A stretch of 64,000 nt of DNA from Dehalococcoidia bacterium. Lineage in GTDB: Bacteria; Chloroflexota; Dehalococcoidia; Lucifugimonadales; UBA3495. The stretch covers positions 80,691 through 144,690 of the forward strand of contig CBDBGS010000003.1 in NCBI GenBank assembly GCA_965205385.1, written 5' to 3'. Below, piece after piece: positions 54,034-61,742 of the stretch (the first letter of the stretch is position 1; every line of letters starts with the position of its first letter). The notes beneath the pieces were generated by a model. The model was not told the origin of the DNA. It ran no database searches and saw only the letters and a program-made list of their open reading frames with translations. The translations under genes were made by a program, and so were the position numbers.

Positions 54034-55541
54034 CGTCTTCTAAACACCAGCTTGAGATGGGTATGGTCGAAACCGAAGTTGCTCCGGATCCTGTTCTCCA
54101 AATACCTCTCGTAAGAGAAGTGTACCAGGTTGGGGTTATCCACGGTAAATAAGAATGTGGGCGGGTTTGTACCTATCTGCCGGAGGCGGTTGATACGCAA
54201 GCGCTCCCGGCGGTGGCGTTTCATGGTGGGCGGGGTGTGGTCTGCCAGGGCGTCGGCGAGAACGTATTGCAACTCCCGCGCCGGAATGAACCGGGACCGC
54301 TCTTGCCGCAACTCCAACGCCGTCCCCATAAGTCGGGCGATACCCTGTTGATGCAGGGCGGAGGTAAAGCAGACAGGCACGTAGGGCATGAAGTGGAGCT
54401 TTTCCCGAACGATAGAGGCTGCGCGGTCCTGGGCCCGGCGGCTGCCGTCCGAAGCCAGGTCCCACTTGTTGACCACGACGATCAGGCCTCGGCACATCTC
54501 CCAAGCCAGGCCCGCGATATGCGAGTCCTGGGCGGTGGCCAGTTCACTGGCGTCGGTGATCAGAAGGGTGATATCGCTGCGCTGCACCGCGTTGACCGAT
54601 CGCATCACGCTGAACTTTTCGATCCCTCGCTGGACACGTCCTGGACGCCGTATTCCGGCGGTGTCGATCAACACAACGTCCTGGCCATTGTAGTTTACGT
54701 AGGTATCCAGGGCGTCTCTGGTGGTACCGGCTTCGGGGGTGACGATAGAGCGTTCGTGTCCCAAGATAGAATTGAGGAGCATAGACTTGCCCACGTTGGT
54801 CCGGCCAACGATGGCTAACTTTAGCTCTTCGGCCTGGGGTGTGACTGCCCCTCCGAGGTCCGCTTCTTCGTCATCCGGGAAAGTGGGTGTGAAATGGGAG
54901 CAGACGCGGTCCATGAGTTGATATATGCCCAGGTTGTGGTAGGCGCTAATGGGTAACGGTGCGTCCAATCCAAGCTGGAAGAACTCGGATGCGGCGAATT
55001 CCCGGGTTTCGTTGTCGACCTTGTTCACCGCCAGGATCACCGGTTTTTGGGTGCGCCTAAGCCGGTCCGCGGCGAGGGAATCGGTGGAAGTGATCCCTTC
55101 CGAGCCGTCAGTCAGGAAAATCACCACGTCGGCGTCGCCCACGGCCATGTCCGCCTGTTCTTGGACCTTGGTCTGGATCGTACCCTCGGGGCGGGTCTCA
55201 AGACCTCCGGTATCAACCAGTATGAATTGATAGTCGTCCCACCAGGCTTCGGCCATGAGGCGGTCACGGGTCGTCCCGGCCACGTCGGTAACTATGGCCT
55301 GGCGGCGGTTCAGAATGCGGTTGAAGAGGGAGGACTTGCCAACGTTGGGTCGCCCCACGATTGCCACCACGGGTATCCTGTCTTCGATGCTCTGGGCCGC
55401 GGCGTCGGGCGGGGTAGGCGAAGGCGCGGCGTCCTCCAATACCCGGAGCCGCCTTGCCGGGTAAAGGCCGGCAAGTTCCGGGGGTTGCATTGGTTCGACA
55501 TCGAATTCTGGCTGCTGGAGTAATTCTGGCTCGTGTTCCAT
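54030..55541 (-). CDS. der: ribosome-biogenesis GTPase Der (EngA)
   Basis: Two G domains (GRPNVGKSSLFN...DTGG; GRTNVGKSMLLN...DTAG...NKWD) plus a KH-like C-terminus. Confidence 0.9.
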   Translation of the reverse strand: MEHEPELLQQPEFDVEPMQPPELAGLYPARRLRVLEDAAPSPTPPDAAAQSIEDRIPVVAIVGRPNVGKSSLFNRILNRRQAIVTDVAGTTRDRLMAEAWWDDYQFILVDTGGLETRPEGTIQTKVQEQADMAVGDADVVIFLTDGSEGITSTDSLAADRLRRTQKPVILAVNKVDNETREFAASEFFQLGLDAPLPISAYHNLGIYQLMDRVCSHFTPTFPDDEEADLGGAVTPQAEELKLAIVGRTNVGKSMLLNSILGHERSIVTPEAGTTRDALDTYVNYNGQDVVLIDTAGIRRPGRVQRGIEKFSVMRSVNAVQRSDITLLITDASELATAQDSHIAGLAWEMCRGLIVVVNKWDLASDGSRRAQDRAASIVREKLHFMPYVPVCFTSALHQQGIARLMGTALELRQERSRFIPARELQYVLADALADHTPPTMKRHRRERLRINRLRQIGTNPPTFLFTVDNPNLVHFSYERYLENRIRSNFGFDHTHLKLVFRRR

Positions 55542-55555
55542 ATTTTAACGCCCCG

Positions 55556-56479
55556 TCACTCTCCGCCCAGAAGCAGTTCCATTATGGCTTTCTGGGCATG
55601 GAGGCGGTTATGGGCCTGGGAATAGGCCACCGACTGAGGGTGGTCCAACATCCCAGGCACGACTTCTTCGCCGTAGTGGACCGGCATGTCGTGCATGAAC
55701 AAAGCTCCGGGACCCGCCATTTCCATCAAGGCTCCATCTACCGTGTACCCTTGAAATGCTCCTCGGCGGACTTCCGCTTCCGCTTCCTGACCCATGCTGG
55801 TCCAAGCATCGGTATAGATGACGTCCACACCCTGGACCGCTTCCGCGGGCTCGGTAAGGGTCTGGACCCGGGGTTCCGATGCGGCGGCCCGACTCCGGGC
55901 TAAGTCTAGGGTCCCCTGGTCCAGGCAATAGCCACCCGGAGCGGCGATGGTGAAACCCATCCCGACGGGAGGAAGCGCCAGGCAAAGACTCCGGGCAACG
56001 TTGTTGCCGTCGCCTACGAAGGTCAGATTGAGGCCTTCCAGGTTATGCTTGTTCTCCTGGATCGTAAGCAAGTCCGCTAGTATCTGACAGGGATGCTCCC
56101 AGTCGGATAGAGCATTGATGACCGGGACGGTGGAGTTGGCAGCCAACTCTTCCAGAGACTCGTGAGAGAAAACACGCGCTACGATGCAGTCCACGTAGCC
56201 GGAGAGGACCCGCGCTACATCGGACGGGGGCTCCCGAGTCCCCAGGCCCACTTCCTCGGGGCCCAGGTAGAAGGAGAACCCACCTAGCTGTTGGATTCCG
56301 ACCTGAAAGCTGGACCTGGTCCGTAGAGAAGGCTTCTCGAAGAGCAGGGCAATGCTCTTGCCCTGGAGGGGTCTGGGACCACCACCGCCGGACTTCATCT
56401 CTGTCGCCCTTCGCAGGACGTGTAGTGTCTCGTCAGCGTTGAGGTCGGTTACGGAAAGCAGGTCTCTTTTCGTTGACAT
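55556..56479 (-). CDS. argF: ornithine-carbamoyltransferase-like protein with atypical active-site motifs
   Basis: FEKPSLRTRSSF, EHPCQILADL, VGDGNNV, DAWTSMGQE, and FMHDMPV in place of the usual HCLP. ATG 56479 was chosen because the track ORF extends upstream. Confidence 0.7.
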   Translation of the reverse strand: MSTKRDLLSVTDLNADETLHVLRRATEMKSGGGGPRPLQGKSIALLFEKPSLRTRSSFQVGIQQLGGFSFYLGPEEVGLGTREPPSDVARVLSGYVDCIVARVFSHESLEELAANSTVPVINALSDWEHPCQILADLLTIQENKHNLEGLNLTFVGDGNNVARSLCLALPPVGMGFTIAAPGGYCLDQGTLDLARSRAAASEPRVQTLTEPAEAVQGVDVIYTDAWTSMGQEAEAEVRRGAFQGYTVDGALMEMAGPGALFMHDMPVHYGEEVVPGMLDHPQSVAYSQAHNRLHAQKAIMELLLGGE

Positions 56480-56615
56480 ATCATGCCCACTCCGACCGCC
56501 AGCATCATATCCTAATATAGGTACCCATTCAAGCTTGGGTAACCCCGCCGCCAGCGGCTCATCTGTTATGATACATCTCCGGGACCCATTTTGACTGAAA
56601 CGGAGGCACAGGTGT

Positions 56616-56969
56616 ATGGCAAGCCCTGGAATTGCCACCGGACTGAAGGGAGAGCGGCAGACCATAGTCTGCGAACACAACGTTGCCACTCACGTGAACA
56701 AGTTCAGCACCCCGTCCATGATCGGTCTGATGGAGGGGGCGTCCATAGAGGCTGTCAGGGGAACGCTGGATGATAGCCAGACCTCGGTGGGGTACGAAGT
56801 CAATGTCCGTCACATGGCTCCGGCCGACATAGGCGCGACCATCACCGCGCATGCGGAGTTGGTTGAGGTGGACCGCAACCGGCTATTGTTCAACGTGGTG
56901 GCCTTCGATGGCGAGACCAAGATCGGCGAAGGGACTCACCGGAGGGCGATTATCGCCGTCAACCGGTGA
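56616..56969 (+). CDS. hotdog-fold thioesterase-family protein
   Basis: 117 aa; ...FSTPSMIGLMEGASIEAV...GYEVNVRHMAPADIGATITAHAELVEVDRNRLLFNV. Confidence 0.65.
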   Translation: MASPGIATGLKGERQTIVCEHNVATHVNKFSTPSMIGLMEGASIEAVRGTLDDSQTSVGYEVNVRHMAPADIGATITAHAELVEVDRNRLLFNVVAFDGETKIGEGTHRRAIIAVNR

Positions 56970-57074
56970 GATTCGAGGGTGTCTGGAGCCAATTCACGAT
57001 TCAACTCGCATAAGAGCGTATGCTAAAATTCCATCTGCTAAGTCCTAATTCGGTTGTCGTTTGGAGCGGCTGAT

Positions 57075-58343
57075 ATGGCCAACATGGAACACGTACAACT
57101 CGTAAAGCGGGGCCGGGATACCGTGGCCCGTTGGCGTGAGGAGCACCCCGGCGAGAACCTGGACCTCAACGCCTCATACATGAGCTATGCGCGCATCCCA
57201 CAGGTGGACCTATCCGGAGCGGACATCCGGAATTCCGACTTAATGGGCGCGACACTGCCCCGGGCCAACCTCTCCGGGTGCCGGATGAACCCCTGCCACA
57301 TGTACCGGGCCGACTTGCGCCAGGCCAACGTGACACGCGCCCTCTTGAACGGGGCGAACCTGCGGGGGGCCAGGTCTTCCCGGGCCGACTTTTCCGGTTC
57401 GGATATGGACCGCATCGTCCTCTCGGACGCCGACCTGTCGGGCGCGAACCTATCGGGCACCAACCTTTCCCGCGCCAACCTGACCGGGACCAACCTCAGC
57501 GGCGCGGACCTAACTGGGGCTGTCCTGAACCGGGCAAATTTGACCAGGACCGACCTGACCGACGCCATCCTGGACGGCTCCGACTTCTACGAGGCTATTT
57601 TCAACAACGTCGGGATGCAGGGCACGCAGTTTAGCGGCAGTATCGTTGGCTACACGGTGTTTCAAAACTGCGACTTCAGCGGAGCCCAGGGGTTGGATGC
57701 GGTCCGGCATGACGGCCCCAGCACGATCGGAATTGACTCCTTCTACAGGTCCAGGGGTCAAATCGCCGAGGCGTTCCTAAGAAACTCCGGCGTTCCCGAA
57801 GGAATGGCGGAGTTTCAGGCATCCATAGTGGGTGCGCAGATCGCCTTGGGAGACTGTTTCATCTCATGCGCGGACGAGGATGAGCCGTTCGCGGTGACCC
57901 TGAGAAACGATCTGCAAGGTCATGGAGTCCGCTGCTGGGTGTTTGCCGAGGGTGCCAGGGGCAGCGCCCTGGTGGAGAGGCACAGCACTTCGGACCAGGA
58001 AGAAGTGGAGCGGTGGGTCCGGCCATATGACAAGCTGGTGGTCATTTCTTCGTCGCACACTCTGGAGAGCGAGAGCGTGCGCAACGACCTTCGACAGGCG
58101 CAGGAGCAGCAGGAGTCCAAGGACCAATGGCTTCTGTTCCTAGCAGCCTCAGACGGAGCTTTTTCAACCCAGAGCCGGAACCGCCAGGCCCGCAATATCG
58201 CGACGGAGCACGTCGTGTTCAATCTCCAAACCAGGGAGTCGGACTCGGAGACCTACCAGCAACAATTAGCCCGGTTGGCGGATGCGCTGAAGCAGACGCA
58301 ACCCCGCAGCGCGGGAGTCCCGGTGGTGGACCTCCAGCTCTAG
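57075..58343 (+). CDS. pentapeptide-repeat protein fused to a C-terminal TIR-like domain
   Basis: About 30 A(D/N)LxG-type pentapeptide repeats span residues about 45-215. From about nt 57855, CFISCADEDEPFAVTLRNDLQGHGVRCWVF...DKLVVISSSHTLESESVRNDLRQA resembles bacterial TIR domains. Confidence 0.7.
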   Translation: MANMEHVQLVKRGRDTVARWREEHPGENLDLNASYMSYARIPQVDLSGADIRNSDLMGATLPRANLSGCRMNPCHMYRADLRQANVTRALLNGANLRGARSSRADFSGSDMDRIVLSDADLSGANLSGTNLSRANLTGTNLSGADLTGAVLNRANLTRTDLTDAILDGSDFYEAIFNNVGMQGTQFSGSIVGYTVFQNCDFSGAQGLDAVRHDGPSTIGIDSFYRSRGQIAEAFLRNSGVPEGMAEFQASIVGAQIALGDCFISCADEDEPFAVTLRNDLQGHGVRCWVFAEGARGSALVERHSTSDQEEVERWVRPYDKLVVISSSHTLESESVRNDLRQAQEQQESKDQWLLFLAASDGAFSTQSRNRQARNIATEHVVFNLQTRESDSETYQQQLARLADALKQTQPRSAGVPVVDLQL

Positions 58344-58387
58344 TCGTATGCGGGCCTCTCAAGGAGGCTATCCCGCGTATAATAATG

Positions 58388-58421
58388 GCCCCGCCCCTGA
58401 ATAAGGGCGGGGCTATCTTTT
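58388..58421 (+). terminator. rho-independent terminator after the TIR-fusion gene
   Basis: GCCCCGCCC-ctgaataa-GGGCGGGGC followed by TATCTTTT. Confidence 0.65.
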
Positions 58422-58435
58422 GCCGTTGGGTTGGC

Positions 58436-58459
58436 GGATGAGGGGTTTGCCCCTCATCC
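58436..58459 (-). terminator. perfect 10-bp hairpin 24 nt downstream of RdhA/QueG-like copy 1 (no clear U-tract)
   Basis: GGATGAGGGG-tttg-CCCCTCATCC. Confidence 0.4.
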
Positions 58460-58483
58460 GATAGTCATGAGCGCTGGGGAAGG

Positions 58484-59758
58484 CTAGATGTAGTCTTCCT
58501 CTTCGTACATCATTTCCAGGTTGTCCCTGCTCTGTGCCGCGCCGCGGGAGACTTCCTCCTTGAGGAGTTCCATCATCTCATCGGTGATGACGCCGCCGGA
58601 GGCGCGAGCCTGGTCCTTGAACTGGCTGAAGGCCCACTCTTCGGTGTCGCCAGCAGGCATTTCAAAGAAGTCGCGGTCGAATACCGGCATGTCGCCAGGG
58701 CCGAAGTAGCCCTTGCCCTCGAGGATGTAACCTTCGAGGTCGTGGGTGCCCTTACCCAGGACCTGACCTGTGTCGGCATAGTGTTCCATGACGTTCTTCA
58801 GGCCGTACTTCTGGATGGGGCATACCTTCATGCAGACACCGCAACCGAGGTAGCGGGCCATGACGGGGCGGCAGCGCTTGAAGTAGAGCTTGTTCTTCTC
58901 AAGACCGCGCCACCAGATCTTGTCGCGCATGAGGGCGCGGCCGGGGCAGCGGTTGACGCACACCTGACAGACCTGGCAGAAAGCGTGGATGCCATAGTCG
59001 ACGGGCTTGTCATAGCCAACGTTGGCGTCGGTGGTGATCATCATGATCCGGCAGCGGGAGCCCTCATGGGGGGTCAACAGGTAGCCGCAGGCTCCGAGCT
59101 GGCCGAGGCCGGCTTCCACGAACATTGGGATATAAGGACCGGTGTTGTCGTTGGGGCTGTGGACCTGGGCGCGATAGCCGAGGGAGTTGATGAAGTTGCC
59201 CAGTTCGAGTCCCGCCGCACCCTCTGTCCGGTAGGTGCTGGAGTGGACGATCTCAGCGTCGACGCTGGGGATGGTCTGGGTGGGCTCGTAGTCTTGTTCA
59301 AAGGCCAAGCATATAACGTGGGGGAACTTCACCCAATCCTTTTTGCTCTGGTACGTGTAGCGGTGATCGTAGTAGGTGATACCGACTTCCAAGAAACCAA
59401 GTTCACGGGCCTTGGACTTGATCTGTTCGGTGACGTCGTCGCCGGTTGGCTCGACGGAGGGTTCCTGGTCGCCCGTCAGCCGTGCGGCCATAATCAGGGG
59501 CCTGTTGAGCTTATCGTGTTCCTTGCGGATCTCACGCATCTCAACATGCTGGTCCCGGAATGTGTTGGCCCAGTCGCGGGACGCCCGCTCGGTGATGTTC
59601 ATGGTTTCCAGCGGGTATTCGCGGGCGTACCAGTCGACTTCGCGCTGGTTGAGGGGAATTCCGGGCACGGATTCCAATTCTTCGGGAACGGGGATCGTTA
59701 CTGATGGTTCCCCGGGGAACTTGCCAGGTCGTACGACCTCGTGGCCTATCTTTAGCAT
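58484..59758 (-). CDS. RdhA/QueG-superfamily 2x[4Fe-4S] protein, copy 1 (no signal peptide)
   Basis: FCQVCQVCVNRCP and CRPVMARYLGCGVCMKVCP motifs, preceded by VEAGLGQLGACGYLLTPHEGSRCRIMMITTDA. GGGAGGAG precedes ATG 59758. 424 aa. Confidence 0.75.
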   Translation of the reverse strand: MLKIGHEVVRPGKFPGEPSVTIPVPEELESVPGIPLNQREVDWYAREYPLETMNITERASRDWANTFRDQHVEMREIRKEHDKLNRPLIMAARLTGDQEPSVEPTGDDVTEQIKSKARELGFLEVGITYYDHRYTYQSKKDWVKFPHVICLAFEQDYEPTQTIPSVDAEIVHSSTYRTEGAAGLELGNFINSLGYRAQVHSPNDNTGPYIPMFVEAGLGQLGACGYLLTPHEGSRCRIMMITTDANVGYDKPVDYGIHAFCQVCQVCVNRCPGRALMRDKIWWRGLEKNKLYFKRCRPVMARYLGCGVCMKVCPIQKYGLKNVMEHYADTGQVLGKGTHDLEGYILEGKGYFGPGDMPVFDRDFFEMPAGDTEEWAFSQFKDQARASGGVITDEMMELLKEEVSRGAAQSRDNLEMMYEEEDYI

Positions 59759-59812
59759 GCGCTCCTCCCTGTATGTTCGGTTCTAGGGTATGGTAAATCC
59801 AAGATATGGCCA

Positions 59813-59841
59813 AACATACTTGCTCGTCATATATTTGTCAA
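59813..59841 (-). promoter_or_regulatory. near-consensus promoter TTGACA-N17-TATGTT for copy 1
   Basis: -35 at 59841..59836 and -10 at 59818..59813, giving a leader of about 48 nt. Confidence 0.55.
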
Positions 59842-59957
59842 CCCTATTGGGATGGAACACTTATATTATGTTTCGTGATATGGATAAGCGCGTATTTTGA
59901 TGGTCACGCCCGTCGTAGCTCTATCCCGCTTTGTCTATGCCGGAACGAGAAGGGATG

Positions 59958-59994
59958 AACGAAAAGTAAGGGGCCGACAAGCTGTCGGCCCCTT
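59958..59994 (-). terminator. rho-independent terminator of copy 2
   Basis: AAGGGGCCGACA-agc-TGTCGGCCCCTT (12-bp stem), followed on the minus strand by ACTTTTCG. Confidence 0.65.
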
Positions 59995-60054
59995 GTGGTT
60001 GCCTGCTTGACACCGTGGTGGGGGATCCCACCTGGGCGCCGGGTTGGCCAAGGT

Positions 60055-61341
60055 TTAGATGTAGTCTGCGTCGATGTTGTTCATCTCGTCCATCATCGCG
60101 ACGACGTCGTATTCCTGGCCGAGAGCCTTGACCATCTCGCCCTTGAGCGCTTCGAGCATCTCCTCCGTGACCTCGCCGCCGGTGCTGCGGGCCTTGGATT
60201 TGAACTCTTCGAACGCATGGTCTTCGATGGTGCCGGTGGGCATGTCGAAGAAGTCGCGGTCGAATACTGGCATCTCACCAGGACCGAAGTAGCCCTTGCC
60301 CTCGAGGGTGTAGCCTTCGAGGTCGTGGGTGCCCTTACCCAAGACCTGACCTGTGTCGGCATAATGTTCCATGACATTCTTCAGGCCGTACTTCTGGATG
60401 GGGCATACCTTCATGCAGACACCGCAACCGAGGTAGCGGGCCATTACGGGACGGCAGCGCTTGAAGTAGAGCTTGTTCTTCTCAAGACCACGCCACCAGA
60501 TCTTGTCGCGCATGAGAGCGCGGCCGGGGCAGCGGTTGACGCACACCTGACAGACCTGGCAGAAAGCGTGGATGCCATAGTCGACGGGCTTGTCATAGGC
60601 AACATTGGCGTCGGTGGTGACCATCATCAGCCGACAGCGGTTGCCCTGGTGAGGGGTCAACAGGTAGCCGCAGGCTCCGAGCTGGCCGAGGCCGGCTTCC
60701 ACAAACATGGGGATGACCGGGCCGGTGGCGTCGCTGGAGTGGATTACGTGGGCCTTGTAACCCAGGGAGCGGATGAAGTTGCCCAGCTCTAGACCGGCGG
60801 CGGCCTGCGTCCGGTAGGTGCTGGAGTGGACGATCTCCGCGTCGACGCTGGGGATGGTCTGTGTGGGTTCGAAGTCCTGCTCATAGGCCAAGCAGATGGC
60901 GTGGGGCAGGAAGGTGAAATTCTTCTTGCTCTGGAACTCATAGCGATGGTCGTAGGGGGCAATTCCTACTTCCAAATAACCGAGCTCGCGAGCCTTGTCT
61001 TTGATCTGCTGGGTTACGTCATCACCGGAGGGCGCGCTGGCGGGCTCCATCTCGGCGGTGGCGCGGCCCGCAAGGATCAGACCGCGGTTGAGCTTGTCGT
61101 GCTCTTTGCGGATCTCACGCATCTCAACGTGAAGGTCGCGCATGGCGTTGGACCAGTCACGGGAGGCGCGCTCCGTGTAGTTGATCGATTCCAGCGGGTA
61201 TTCGCGGGCATACCAGTCGACTTCCCGGTTGTTGAGAGGAATACCGGGTACGGTTTCCAACTCCTCGGGTACGGGAATGGTGACGTCTACCTCGCCCCAT
61301 TTTGATCCGGGCCTTACGACCTCATGGCCGATCTTTAGCAT
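60055..61341 (-). CDS. RdhA/QueG-superfamily 2x[4Fe-4S] protein, copy 2
   Basis: Same motifs as copy 1. GGGAGGAG precedes ATG 61341. The track ORF start at 61413 adds 24 unlikely residues. 428 aa. Confidence 0.75.
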   Translation of the reverse strand: MLKIGHEVVRPGSKWGEVDVTIPVPEELETVPGIPLNNREVDWYAREYPLESINYTERASRDWSNAMRDLHVEMREIRKEHDKLNRGLILAGRATAEMEPASAPSGDDVTQQIKDKARELGYLEVGIAPYDHRYEFQSKKNFTFLPHAICLAYEQDFEPTQTIPSVDAEIVHSSTYRTQAAAGLELGNFIRSLGYKAHVIHSSDATGPVIPMFVEAGLGQLGACGYLLTPHQGNRCRLMMVTTDANVAYDKPVDYGIHAFCQVCQVCVNRCPGRALMRDKIWWRGLEKNKLYFKRCRPVMARYLGCGVCMKVCPIQKYGLKNVMEHYADTGQVLGKGTHDLEGYTLEGKGYFGPGEMPVFDRDFFDMPTGTIEDHAFEEFKSKARSTGGEVTEEMLEALKGEMVKALGQEYDVVAMMDEMNNIDADYI

Positions 61342-61409
61342 ATCTTCTCCTCCCAATAAAATCCCTCTATGGACGCACACGGGACGCACGCATCCGAGTT
61401 CTGCCCACC

Positions 61410-61438
61410 ACAATATATGCCGACGTTGCGGATGTCAA
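61410..61438 (-). promoter_or_regulatory. near-consensus promoter TTGACA-N17-TATTGT for copy 2
   Basis: -35 at 61438..61433 and -10 at 61415..61410, giving a leader of about 62 nt. Confidence 0.55.
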
Positions 61439-61658
61439 TAGTGTACAGAGAGCAATTTTCATATCCCTTGGATATTTCACAATCCTAGCCGAGGTGAGAT
61501 AGTGATTGGTAGAAAACAAGGCCGCAAGGTCTACGCGAATCGTAATGAATGTACGAACTCTTCCAGTCTCGGCTACGTCTTGCTTGGCCGGTTGCACCAG
61601 GGGCATTCCGCAGCGGTGGGAAGGTAGGCCCCGAAAAGTCACGGGCCGGTGTTTCCCC

Positions 61659-61699
61659 CAGAAAATAGGCTGTCCGGGGGAATTACCCCCGGACAGCCT
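61659..61699 (-). terminator. rho-independent terminator of copy 3
   Basis: AGGCTGTCCGGGGG-aatta-CCCCCGGACAGCCT (14-bp stem), followed on the minus strand by ATTTTCTG. Confidence 0.7.
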
Positions 61700-61742
61700 G
61701 TCTTGCGAGGTTGCCAAGACCGGGTATTATTACCCGTTACAA

